A stretch of 55,759 bases of DNA, filler included, from Streblomastix strix (Eukaryota), in NCBI GenBank assembly GCA_008636045.1. It is 3 parts of 3 records of this genome, joined end to end, with 100 filler letters (N's around TTAATTAATTAA, not from the genome) between each part and the next. Parts side by side here need not be neighbours in the genome. Positions count along the whole stretch, not along the records: positions 18,628 to 37,148 come from SNRW01000602.1; positions 37,249 to 55,759 come from SNRW01000603.1; 1 more part is not named here. One strand, written 5' to 3'. How positions within the stretch are numbered: the stretch's first letter is position 1; each line of letters begins with the position of its first letter. A program made the translations under genes and the position numbers. This document shows, piece by piece, positions 29,793 through 42,300 of this stretch. The notes under the pieces were generated by a model. That model was not told the origin of the DNA, did no database searches, and saw nothing but the letters and a program-made list of their open reading frames with translations.

Positions 29793-31382
29793 TCAGTTTC
29801 TAAAGATTGTCCAATTCTTATATATATTCATCATTTCATTCCTAGTATAGTCAGCATTATTAATAGTTTAATCTCTCATCTATTTTGTGTGGAACAGATG
29901 AACTTCGAGGTCTTCACATGAATCTTCTTCTTCAATTTACTCTTCAATCTCTCTGAGTTCCTGAGTAGAATTTTAATGCAGAAAATATCCAGATCCATGT
30001 AAATGATTAAGAATATTATACAAAGATTTCAATGCACACAAAATTATTCTTTAATTTTGCTCACAACTTCCACCACAAACTCCAAATGATTGTGTAAGAA
30101 CACGAATTATTTTATTTTCTGTTAATAGAGCACTCAGAAAGTTCAGTTCAAAGCTGTAATGCATTTCTTAAAAACATTCTAAACTGTTCAATCTTATATT
30201 AACTTAGAATTATGTGGATTTTTCTTCTTAATATTTATCTCCAAATATCTTAAATCTAGTCAAATTTGTCAGTGTAGGAAATAATCCAGGAATTTTAGAA
30301 GCAATTTTTATATGGTCATTATCACCAAGAAGTTATTTAAGTAGTTTAATTGATTCTAAGATTACATTATAACCTTGAGATGTTGGAGTATGGACTATTT
30401 CACTTTCTGTGAGGTGTTATCCAAGATTATTTCTGTTCTCATTTGCAAAACTGATTATAAGAGATGCCACGTGTGGAAGTGCATTCTCCTATTAGACAAA
30501 ATATTTCTTCACATTAGTGGAATATTCAGATAATAAATTCAGTAGATGAAAGAAAGATGATTAAAGTTCTTAAACTGCTGGTATATTTGGAAGATAAAAA
30601 TTTTGTGGGCATTTTTGATCCCCAGAACAGTTAATATGTATTAGTGGAGATATATGAACTTGAATCTAAAATTTATTTGTTAAATAAAAGTGATTTGAAG
30701 CAGAGATGAATGAAAGAGCCTGAATTGCTTTTGATGTTTGGATAATTGCAGATTCAAATTCATCACTTATTAATATTTCCTAATGATTATCTTAGACATG
30801 TTTTAGATTTAATATTCTGATTTATTCAAGTAAATTGGTTAAATTATTTATAATTATATTTAAACAAATCTTTAAAATGCTTCTTTAAACAGTTTTTCCC
30901 TTCATTGCGTAGAAATACACTCTTACAAGTTGTAAATTTATATCTTTTTCGTTATTTAATTCTTTTCCAATAATTTCTTCTATATCTAATTTGTTATTCA
31001 ACAATGATTCGAACATATTGAGTAATTTGCTTCCAAACATAATATCATAGAATTCATTGGTTTCTTCTGTCCACTATCCCCCACGAAAAGCAACAATTTC
31101 TAATAAATTAAGTAATTCCCATTTTTTTTGTATTGATGGATTCAATAAGATGTCATGCATTATGTTACACAATTAAAGATTTATCTTTAACCTAAGAGTA
31201 TCAATCTCTTACGTTTTTACTTGATTAATAAGAATTTATAGCATTTTTTCGTTTAATTCTTCATCTTACTGCGTATCTGTTGTAAAAATACAACTAAGGA
31301 TTTAACCATTCAGCTCTGCCTGCTCTTTCAATATTTTATCCGATTAATTAGTCTTAGCTGGCAAGCGAGGGATTTTAGACAT
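29793..31382 (-). CDS. Paralog of the 26768-28288 protein, 529 aa, intronless
   Basis: MSKIPRLPAKTNQSDK...SPLIHINCSGDQKCPQNFYLPN...FGVCGGSCEQN...EEEDSCEDLEVHLFHTK...NWTIFRN*. Same motif order as its neighbour. Confidence 0.8.
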
Positions 31383-31696
31383 TTTGACCTTTGGCGATTA
31401 GCAAACAAGTTTTTACTTATCATAATAATCTTTTAAATAAAATTGAAAACATTTTAGATTTATTTTTTATTATTAATACAATCCACTTGTATCCATCGAC
31501 AAATAGATAAATTCAAAAATCATTAAAAAGAAGGTCAAATTCTTCGCCAGCATCAGTTTTATTAATTATATCATAAAAAAATTTTACTTGTATTTTTTTT
31601 CTATAACTTTTCATATCATAAGTAATGCATTACAATCATAGAACCTAAAAACAATGCATTAATTTGTTTTTTATTATTTTTCATTTTTACTCAGCA

Positions 31697-33393
31697 ATGG
31701 AGAGTAAATTTGTGTTCCCTTCTAGAGCAAGTGGATATTAGCTACTTTACGAAGTAGACCATGGAAGTTCATACAAAGTCTGGCGGGCGCATTGCGTTCC
31801 ACTTAACCAAGATATTTCAATTAAAATTATTGACCTTGAAAAAATCGTCGTTACATTCAACAGTATCCTTGTATGCATAATATTTTGATAGAACATATTG
31901 ATACTTTTATTTTTACCTTTATTTTATCATATATAGAGAGAAATACAGGTTCTATCATTGTCAAACCACAAGAATATTAAAAATGTCTTATGTTCATTTG
32001 TTTATGAAAGCGAACTCTGGATAGTGTTTCCACTATTTATTGGTATAAATCTTGTTTATTTCAAATATTTTCTAAATTTTTAACTTTTATTAGGTTCCTG
32101 CCATTCTATGATATAAACTGTTTTCAAACACGGATTTAATGAGAATGTTATAGCTGTAATTCTGAAGAATGTATTGCAAGCGCTCGAATATATTCACAAT
32201 CAAGGCTAAATACATCGTGATATCAAAGCCAGTAGTATATTAATTAGTGCTTATGGTTCTGTTACTCTTTCTGATTTTGGAGCATGCAGTCTTCTTATTG
32301 AAAATGTTTAGAGAATATAACATCATCACACATTTATTGGGACGCCATGTTGGTTTGCTTATTATTTATTATACTTTATACACTTATATATTATTATTTC
32401 TATTATTTATTATTATATAATATACACTTATATATTATTATTTCTATTATATATATTATATTTGTATTATATTTATATTATTTCAGGATGGCCCCAGAAT
32501 AAATCGACACCAACCTCGGCTATGATTCCAGAATTGATATTTGGGCCATTGGAATAACAGCGATAGAATTGGCTAATGGATAAGCACCACATTCTGAGCT
32601 GCCTCAAATGAACGTACTCACTCAAATATTGAAATCTCCTCCTCCTTTATTGACTGACAATGAAATTGATGATGATGAAGATGAATCTGATTCTGATTCG
32701 GATTCTGAATCAGATTCAATTATTGTAGAGTAATTGAAATTGACAATTAGGAAGATTACGACATCTATATAAATAAAGGATACGTCTCATTCAAATAAAA
32801 TAAATGAATAGAATAATCTTATTTAAAGCTCTATTGATGAAGAAGATGGATTGAAACACAGCTCGTGGATTTAGATAAGTAAAGAAAAGCAGATTCCACC
32901 CGAAATTCTTTCAAATTCTACTCCTTTCTCATTAGAATTTAAAGATTTTGTTAATCAATGCTTATAGAAAGATCCTTAAAAACGTCCATCTGCATCAAAA
33001 TTACTGGAGCACAAGTTTCTTAAACACACAAAAAGTGAAGACTTTATTATCAAAGATATTCTGAAATGGATTATTTCTGATCATGAAATCACAAAGTTAC
33101 AACATTTAACTAAGCACACATATACAAGACCTTTACATATATTGCATCATTCTCCAATCTAAGATCATACTTCAGAATCACCAAAGTCGCTTACAAATTC
33201 AACTTCTAATAAAGAGGGGTTATTATCTTCACATTAAAATTCTGCATTTGAATCCATAATTGTGAGTGTTGATGGAGCTGAAAGTCAGATTGATAATATT
33301 TCAGATGTTGAGCAGATGAAATTTAAAGATTCAAGAAATTTGTGGGATTTTGAGATGGACAATAAGATACAGAAACATATTTAGGAATAATGA
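31697..33393 (+). CDS. STE20-family OSR1/SPAK(FRAY)/STRAD-like kinase with three introns and degenerate catalytic motifs
   Basis: YQLLYEVDHGSSYKVWRAHCVPLNQDISIKIIDLE | REIQVLSLSNHKNI...SFVYESELWIV | GSC...HRDIKASSILI...LSDFG...TFIGTPC | WMAPE...DIWAIGITAIELANGQAP...CLQKDPQKRPSASKLLEHKF. Stop at 33391-33393. Confidence 0.88.
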
Positions 33394-34042
33394 GCTGTAA
33401 TTCACTATTTTGATTATATGTTTTATTTTTATCTATTTATCTTTCTATATGATAAGTATTTTATATATTTATCTTTAGGATTATCTATTTATTTATTTAC
33501 TAGATTATCTATTTTTTTACTTACTGAAGTATATATTTATTGATTTTCTGGAGTATATATTTATTCGCTTACTGTATTATTAATTTGTTGATTTAATATG
33601 GTATAGATTAATTTATTTAATGGAGTATATATTTATTCACTTACTTTATTATTAGTTTATTCGTTTAAATAGCATTCATTTTTATTTTTATTAATAACAT
33701 AACTGTGCTACAACTAATTTCACAAAAATTCTTAGTTTTATATAGGTCCATTTCATTTATTTTTAATTTGCCATAACATCTAATCTCCTTTATATTTATC
33801 TTAATAGGAATCTTATTTATCTTTTTAAATATTTTCAGTACATTTTAATTTAAATCGCCAATTTATACTGTTATGTTTTTATTATTATTCAATAGTGATG
33901 TATTTTTAAACTTAATTAGTTTTATTTTTCTTCACTTTTGATATAGCTTATTAATGAATAAAACAATTTCTATTTTTATCAACTCGTATTTTTTATTTAC
34001 AAAATTATCCAATGATTTATAACTCATTACGTGTAGAAACAC

Positions 34043-36840
34043 TCATCTCTTTGCGCCACTGCGTCTTTTCCTCTATTTTTTAGCAGCTTCAGCTTCGCGC
34101 AGTCTTTCTTCAGCACCAAAGAACTTATTAACGTCCTCCTCCAGAGATCTCTGAAGCAAACCAAGTGCAGCCAAATTAAAAGAGACAATATCTTTGCGCT
34201 TCGACAACTATTCAGTAATCTTCTCACCCAATTCACCAACTATTTAACTCTCATTCTGGGAATTCATACCAAATATAGTCTCAGTGAAGTGTTGAGTGAG
34301 TAATGTATGCGTCACCCTGTGAATAAGCTCAACTGTATCTGGATTATCATCGATTACTTTAGGTAAGAGTTATAGGAGTCTTCTCGCATGTGGAAGTGGG
34401 AGTGCAGATAGTGCAGCTGATATTGATGGAGTTGGGATGGTTTAGAGTTTGGCTAATAAAGATGGAACTGTTGGAATTGGTGCTATTTAACTAACAATTG
34501 AAGAAGATGATGATGATGATTAACTTATATCACTTATTTATATACCCACATTCCCTTCTAATTAATCAACTGCATCCTTCTACATCAATTTTTCACCTCC
34601 CAAATCAATAAACTTCGCTTTCCTGTATTTCTCCTCATCCTCAATGGCTTAAATCAAAGCTTCAGTTCCTTTTAAGCTCTCTGCAGTCCCTCTTTCAATA
34701 GTTCCATCCTAATTATTCCCTCCTTATCTTTATTCATCAACCATCCTAATAGTCTCTTCTTCTAATTAATCTTCCTCTCTCTCTTCTTGATCTTCACCTC
34801 TGAAAATCTGTTCATTGGATATCTCCCATTAACGGATGCATCTGTCTGATCCAGCTCCAAATACAGATCCACCATCTGGAGAAGCTGCAAGTCCAAGAAT
34901 TGTGGTTCCATTGCTCTTGTTTGTCTTGAGTGACTGTGCGCATTCAAAAGTATCAGCATCCCATTATCTAATGTCTCCATCTCGACCTGCACTTATGAAA
35001 TAATGAGTTCCTCTCAGTGGGATTATAACAGTTACAGCGGCATCATGTCCATGCATCTTCCCACGCATATCTCCTCTTGTTGCAGACCATATACGAACGT
35101 CTTTATCAGCTCCACCACTCACAAGTAATGCTCCATCATCTGAGAAAGCTATAGTTGTAACTGGAAGTGAATGCCCATAACATGTGAGCGCATATTTGAG
35201 TGTGTCTGCATAGAATAGTTGGATGGTGTTGTCAAGGAGACCAGCTGCGATAATTTTGGCATCTGGAGAGAAAGAGATGCATAAGACTTCATCATTTAAT
35301 TTTAATGTTCGTGTGTATTGTAATGTTAGATAGGCTTATGACATTGATTATGGTTTCTTTTATTAGTCTTTTTACATTTTAGTATCTTTTTTTGTTTTCT
35401 TTTTCTTTTCTCCTTTATTATTCTTTTTATTATCCTTCTTTTTATCTTTTCCTTTCTTTATCTTAGAATTTCTTTCAAGCTCATCATCTTCTTCTTCTTC
35501 ATCATCTTTTTCATCTTCTTCATCATCATCTTCATCTTCCTCTTATTCAAACTCCAAATCAAAATTCCAGAAGTTAATCTCCCCTCCAGCTCCACCAGTA
35601 GCAACTCCACTCTTATCTGGATTCAATACAATACTCCATATTGCTCCATTTGATGACTACGATGCTACTTTAGATGATGAGTTAGTATGTGGATCAATTG
35701 TCTATCCAACAATCTGACCAACATTCCCTCTATCTCTTAAAGACTTCATCAACCTGGCTGTTGATATATCAAATATCTCTAACCGACCATCACTGCTACC
35801 AACTATAATATATTTAGATCCAGGAGCAAATAATAAAGATGTTGGAGCAGGCGTTATAAGTCTTCGTATTGGCTAGTGTGTGGCTGTATTCCAGACAATC
35901 ACACATCCCAAAGATGCTGTTGCTAACAGAGCTGCATCTTCAGATAGTGATATAAATCTAATTGGAGATGGATGTGATGTTATTCCTAATCTCTGCATAA
36001 GTGTTGGAGAAAGAAGAGTTTAATTTGAGTCATTTGTTTATCCTTTTAATTCATTATTTGTTTATTCTTATTATTGAGATGAAATGATTGAAGGCACTCT
36101 GTACAGTTCCATTGAGTTAGCTGAGAGTCCAAGAATCAGATCAGCTGAAAATAGTGAATCCTGTATTTATTCTGCAATTCTTTATTTCTTCAATGATTTG
36201 AGATCAAGTTGTTATTTCTTCTAATTTATTGACTTCTGCATTTATAATTGGCTGAATGAGAATGAATCTATTCTGGCAGTTGCAGTTATCACTGAATGAA
36301 CAAGAAATATATCTGATGGTGTGAGATCTGAAATGTTTTGTATCTAATTTAAACCAGATCCTGTTTTCTATGAAGTGATATTCAATGAAGTGGATTAATT
36401 TAATTATTCTTTTTCTTTTTATTTACTTTTTCCTTTCTTTTATTCATTATCATTGTCATTATTCTAATCTTCTTCTTCATCTTCATTCCATCCATCAATC
36501 TTCTGTTTCTGCCGCTTCTCTCTTCTTCTTATATGATGAAATGCATCTTTTATGGATCTGACTCCAAATAAAACTAATTTATTGGTCTTTCCTGTGATTC
36601 CAAGCAGTGTTCTTTGTTCTCTTTCTGGTTCATCTGATATTGAAGTTGATGATGATTATGATTATATTATTTATTTTGAATGTGGAGTTGTGCAGAACTT
36701 GATTTGAGTTATTCGACCAAAATGAACTTCAGGTAGTTGCAACAGACCAAGAAAATGTGCAACTGGCTGGAAAAGTGCAGATTCTCCCCAAATGTCTCCC
36801 AAATCGTCTTCTTTCCTCCTTAATTATCCATCCTTAACTA
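34043..36840 (-). CDS. UTP12: U3 snoRNP WD40 protein UTP12/DIP2/WDR3, 3' portion
   Basis: TLKLNDEVLCISFSPD...GLLDNTIQLFYADTLK...YGHSLPV...ADKDVRIW...THYFISAGRDGDIRQWDADTFE, TAESLKGTEALIQAI, and C-terminal ALSALPL...FNLAAL. Stop at 34043-34045. The 5' end breaks near 36840. Confidence 0.9.
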
Positions 36841-36858
36841 TTTCTTAATCTAATTTCT

Positions 36859-37148
36859 TCCTCCTCTCCAATCACGTGTGTGTTATTCATCAGTAAGATC
36901 AGATCACCAGAAGAAATATAGTCAACATCAACATCAGAATCAGCATCAACTACTGGAACAATCACACAAACATCGCTAATTGCATCATCATCCAAAGACG
37001 GGCTTATTAAACTCTGGGATGTGAGTACTAAGCATTGCATACAGACTCTTATGGGTTAAGGAGCAGGGTCTAAAGAGATTTGGAGTATTGCAGTTGATGA
37101 AGATGAAAGAATCCTTATTGCTGGTGGAGCTGAGAATGAATTACGTGT
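36859..37148 (+). CDS. UTP12: More N-terminal fragment of UTP12/WDR3 in inverted orientation
   Basis: SSPITCVLFI...SLIASSSKDGLIKLWDVSTKHCIQTLMG...EIWSIAVDEDERILIAGGAENELRV matches the WDR3 segment that normally precedes the part on the minus strand. Confidence 0.8.
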
Positions 37149-37248
37149 NNNNNNNNNNNNNNNNNNNNNNNNNNNNNNNNNNNNNNNNNNNNTTAATTAA
37201 TTAANNNNNNNNNNNNNNNNNNNNNNNNNNNNNNNNNNNNNNNNNNNN
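37149..37248. other. Assembly gap / artificial linker (44 N + TTAATTAATTAA + 44 N)
   Basis: Exactly 100 nt, same design as 18528-18627. Confidence 0.97.
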
Positions 37249-37250
37249 CA

Positions 37251-37511
37251 AAATAGCCATAAATCAACTATACAAATCCATAGCTTGATTTGGAAGAATT
37301 AATACGTTTAAGAACTGAAAATAATTTTATAAAGCAATAGCATTAAGACGCTATAAAACAAATAGAGAAATACAAGCAAAAAGTAAAACGTTATAAGCAA
37401 CCAAAAGAAATTATTGAAAAACCCGAAGAATAACAGGAGATTCAACAAGAGCCTATATAATAAGATTATTAACAAGAACAAAAATTTAGCGAGTATGATT
37501 TATATAATTGA
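37251..37511 (+). CDS. 5'-truncated small coiled-coil ORF, possibly viral/Polinton cargo
   Basis: KQPQINYTNPQLDLEELIRLRTENNFIKQQ...FSEYDLYN* (table 6), intronless. Confidence 0.55.
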
Positions 37512-37557
37512 TAATTTTATTTTTTTTACTAATTATTTTTTTTTTACTAATTATAAA

Positions 37558-37902
37558 ATGGAACAAATATTTTAGCAGTATAATAAGATTGTGCCAATAC
37601 CAAAAGAATATTACCAACTAAAAAAAGAAATTTTAGAGCTTGACATCGAGACAACAAAAAAACAAGCATTGTCTCTATTCTGGTTGCTATAACGAGAATA
37701 TGAAATAATATGTTTATAAGAAGATTAACTTAAAAATTACTTATAAAAAGAAGCTGGGCCTATATAAAAAGAAATTTTTGAGCTTGACCTCGAAAAAACA
37801 AAAAAACAAGCAAAAGCTCTATTTCGTATGATAGAACAAGCTCATGAAGTACTAAGTTAATAAGAGGAAAAACTTAAAAATTACTTATAGCCTGACATAT
37901 GA
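37558..37902 (+). CDS. 114-aa hypothetical protein with an internal ~48-aa duplication, possibly viral/Polinton cargo
   Basis: KKEILELDIETTKKQALSLF...LKNYLQ recurs as QKEIFELDLEKTKKQAKALF...LKNYLQ. Preceded by TAATTATAAAATG. Confidence 0.65.
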
Positions 37903-37946
37903 GATTCTGAAATGACAATTATTTATTTATTTTTGTAATTATAAAA

Positions 37947-38153
37947 ATGGAAGAACTTTATACACATTTAAAAGATTAAGAACCTAAACTTCAACAAATT
38001 TATGAACAACTAAATAAAGAAATAAAAGATTTTAACTTAGAGCTAAAGAAAATATAGGTTGAAGCTTTACATGGTATAATTTGCAACATAAAAAGTACAA
38101 TAAAATAATTAAAACCTTATTACGAAATATAAAAAAATAATACAAACTTATGA
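37947..38153 (+). CDS. 68-aa hypothetical coiled-coil protein, possibly viral/Polinton cargo
   Basis: MEELYTHLKDQEPKLQQIYEQLNKEIKDFNLELKKIQVEALHGIICNIKSTIKQLKPYYEIQKNNTNL*. Preceded by TAATTATAAAAATG. Confidence 0.6.
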
Positions 38154-38474
38154 GAAAAATTTATTTGGCCGTTTGTCCGGTTGGCCACACTTTTTTATAG
38201 CAATTTTTTACTCGGTCCACCCAATCCACCTGGTCCGGTCTGTGGCTATGGCATTTTTTGTTAAATCTCTATGCTAAAATTATTATATAAATTATGTGTA
38301 TCCATTATTTGTTGTTATATATTATTATAAATTGATGGGTGGACTTATTGGAGATATTTTTTTAAAAAGCTTTTTTACCCGTTAATTGTTTATTTATTTT
38401 AATTATTTTATATAAGGGGTTTATATTCATTATTTATTTTGCACATATTAGTCTCTGACATTTTTTAACAAAAA

Positions 38475-38723
38475 AGTAGTATATAAAGGTGATTTATGCA
38501 ATAACTTCAAAAGGTATTAGTATTTATAAAAAACCACGCAAGTTCTTTTTTTTTGAGTTGATGGTTTAACAATGCAATAATATTTTCGAACAAAGGCGTT
38601 AGCCAGCTGTGAGAAAATTTTATAAATTTGAAGGACCAAAAGCTTAAAAAATGAAGGTGTGGAGATTTTTTATAAAACTGAACACTTTTGAAGTTGGGGC
38701 ATAAATCACCATCATATACTACT
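38475..38723. mobile_element. 249-bp segment bounded by ~39-bp imperfect inverted repeats starting AGTAGT / ending ACTACT (Polinton/Maverick-like terminus or derived MITE)
   Basis: Left AGTAGTATATaaaGGTGATTTATGCaatAACTTCAAAAG; right end reverse-complemented AGTAGTATATgatGGTGATTTATGCcccAACTTCAAAAG. No TSD around the 249-bp unit. Confidence 0.6.
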
Positions 38724-39265
38724 AATGTGCATTTGAATTATGTAATATTTTAATTAATTAATTAAATAATATTTCGGTTTCTAAAGTTGATTGCTGTATT
38801 CTATGACAGGCATTTCCTACTGTTCATACTCACTATTTCTAATCATGGATATATTGCGTTTATTCTAATAGTTTATCATTCTTGCTTCGTGGAAACGAGC
38901 ATAATTCTAAATACCATTAATTTCAAATGATCCATAAATGAAACCATTAATTTTTGTATTAATAAACCATCTACTAATAATTATAAATCCGATAAATATT
39001 CCAATATGCTATATTATTTCTTATCAATCACAGGAAATGCACAGCAAACTCTTTCGCTTTAAATTAACGCTCCCAACTTATTCTTTTTTATTAATCATAA
39101 TTTTAATTATTTTTCCATTCACATAATATATTACTATAATTTTATTTAATTAATTTCTTATTTTTCCCTTTATATGACTTATAAATATCAAAATTAAAAA
39201 TTTTCATCTTAACAATAAAACTTCATAAAATCGAACTCATTTTGATATTCTTTCAATTTATTTCA
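38724..39265 (+). repeat. ~540-bp direct repeat, copy 1 (upstream of the Myt1-like gene)
   Basis: Near-identical to 53250-53795, with scattered substitutions and small indels. Confidence 0.93.
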
Positions 39266-39313
39266 TTTCATTTATATTATAAAATTTTATTTAGAATATT
39301 TTTGTATAGTTAA

Positions 39314-42300
39314 ATGGAACCTCAATTTAGACCATTACCACTACCAGAATTTGCTGTGTTTGATGGTTCCTAGAAATTCATTTCTAAACCTTTTAAAAAA
39401 CCTGATTATATTGAAGACCGAGAAAATAATTTATATGGCATTTTTGCTCCAATTTAAAGCCAAAATCGTCTCTCTGAGTTTGCAAGAAAGTAAGCAGAGA
39501 GATTTGAAACAGTTGGATATATTGGTTCAGGCTCTTTTGGTGATGTTTATAAAGTAAGGAGTAAGATAGATGGAAAATTATATGCAATAAAGTGGTCACG
39601 CAAAAAGCACAGAGGAGATGCTGATAGGAGAGCAAGTTTATATGAATTATATACATTTGCCCTTGTTGGGAAACATCCTCATTTAGTTGAGTTTGTATAA
39701 GCGTGGGAATAAGATGGATTAATGCTTACATAGACTGAGCTTTGTGAGAATGGAAATTTAGAAAATTATTTGATATATAATGACAAAGTATCGGAAGATA
39801 CTGTTTGGAAAATTCTCCTTGACATGGCATTAGCTGCTAAATGGTTGCATGATTAGTAAGTTATTCACTTAGATATTAAACCAGACAATATATTTGTTAT
39901 GGAAAATGGTGATTATAAACTCGGAGACTTTGGTCTCTCTCACATCACAGATTTCACTTCACCCACATCAGAAGGAGATTCAAGGTACCTTGCTGCAGAA
40001 GTTCTAACTCAAGCTCCAACAACAGCTGCAGATATATTTTCAATAGGAGCTACAATCTTTGAAGTATCAGAACGAGTGATTATGCCATCTTAGGGGTAAC
40101 TTTGGCATCAATTGCGAAACTGTGCACCACATTTAGAAGGTAGGAGCCAAGAACTGGATCATCTTGTTCATCAATTACTTCACCCTAATTATTTGAAGAG
40201 ACCATCTGCTGATCAAATACTACGTCATCCTCGATTATAGTAGATGATGCTTAACAGAAATTGGCCATTTACTCCTTTAACACATATACTGTTTCGTCGC
40301 ATGACGAATGTTATGAGCCTTTTTTTAAAAAGATATTATGAACTTGCTGTTCAATAAGCACAATCATCACTCATATTTTAATAAAGTAATAATTTCAATT
40401 AGAACCAATATTAAAATTCCTTCTACTAATCACGAAATAAAGATACATTGCAATGCGATATAAATGAGAATATCGATAAAGATAAGAAAATGGATAATAA
40501 TTTAGAATCACCTTAATGAAATTAATTGAGTATTCCAACTAATATAACACCAAATTAAGTTATTATTAAATATATTTCAATGACTAAAACTCCATAAGGT
40601 TCTGTATCATCTATATCAGAAAATTCAGATCAACAATATCCAGCAACTGAGATAGTAAAGCAACCATATGTAGAATCTCCTATGTCTTTTAATAATAAAT
40701 TTAATAATAATTCTAATCATTATTCTGAAACTTAAAATAAAAATAATCTAATTTTAGATACAAAATAAGAGTAAGTCTCCAAAATTGATGATTTATAATT
40801 AGTTGATTAATAATAGAATCCAAAATAAAGAGGGTATTAAATCTTAAATGCTATTCCTAATTCACATTTTATGTTTGATAATAAGAATAATAATTCAACT
40901 ATAATAGAAATGGAACTTTTTCATCCTCTTCAATTTGTTACTTTCATTATTCCTCCAGACCCATTATTATTTGATAAATAATCAATGTTTCTTGATTACA
41001 TGTTAAATATTCTTGTTTAAAGTGATGAAGAAGCATTATAAAGAAAAATGGATGATGATTGGGATGAACAATAAACATTATAATATGAAAATGATATTTT
41101 TAGAGAAGAATATCTGGAAGAAGATGAATAGATATTAAATGAAGAAGATGAAAGAATTGGGAAAAGAATATATTCAGGATAATAAAAGTAAATAAATAAG
41201 GAGAATTAAGACGAAATTATAAAAAGAGAATAATAGGAGAGTGATTCTTGGGAAGATGGAGTAAATATGCCTCCTCCTAAATCTTAGATTATTAAAAAGA
41301 GTTTAAATTCATAAATAAATCTTTCAATTACCGAATCTCCATTTGATTCTTATTCTACCCCCAAACTATAAGACTCTTAATTAATTCATTAATAATAAAC
41401 ATTTCAATTCACAAATTACCACACACCAACAATGAATTATTCATTGCCATAATTCAATTCATTTAACAGTTTCACTAATTTACATACTCCCTAAAATACT
41501 TATAGTATAGTCTTAAATGTTTAATAAGCAAATAATAATTTTAATGAATCGTAGAATAATATTAATAGCAACAATACAAGCATTTCACGTTCAATTATTG
41601 GATTAGAAAACAATTATTAATTATAATAGAATATATCACCTACAATTCTTCCGTATCCTTCTTAATCTCCAGTTACTCCATTTTAATTCATTGAAAAAAT
41701 GACACCATAAGAACCAATTGCTTAAAGAATATTAAAGATTCCTTCTCATAAATTAAAAAGTTAGAAAAAAAATGACAATGGCAAAGAATTAATACAAATT
41801 AAAAATAATGAAATTAATTCAGTAAAAGTAAAAAGAAGAAAAGATGGAACAAAACTTGAAAATAAGAAGAAAAGTAAATATCAAGTTCAATAACCAAAGA
41901 TGATTAAAGATATTGAATTGACTTTTTAATCCCCAATATAAAATACTTTAACTGACAGTAACTCAGTTAATACTGATCTTTCAAAAGTTCATCTGTCATT
42001 ACTTTAATCTCCAGTTTCTTTAATTCTTTAATCTCCACCTCTTACATTATTCCAACCATCTCCTTAACCTACTTTATAATTACAATTAATACCCAGTTCA
42101 TTAACTCCTGTATTTTCAAAGGATTAAAGGAATAATGAAATAAATAATCAATAGTTATAACTGTCAGAAGAACAATAACAACGTTAATAATAGAAATAGT
42201 TGTAGCTAAACATGAAACTAATTCATCAATAAGAAACCAGCCATGATACAACAATAACACCTTAATCATAATAAACAATTTAAACACCTCCATTAACATC

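Noticed and set aside
38938..39126. 62-aa ORF duplicated at 53464-53652
   Set aside because: It is conserved only because it lies in a recent DNA repeat. The composition is AT-driven and no domain is recognisable.
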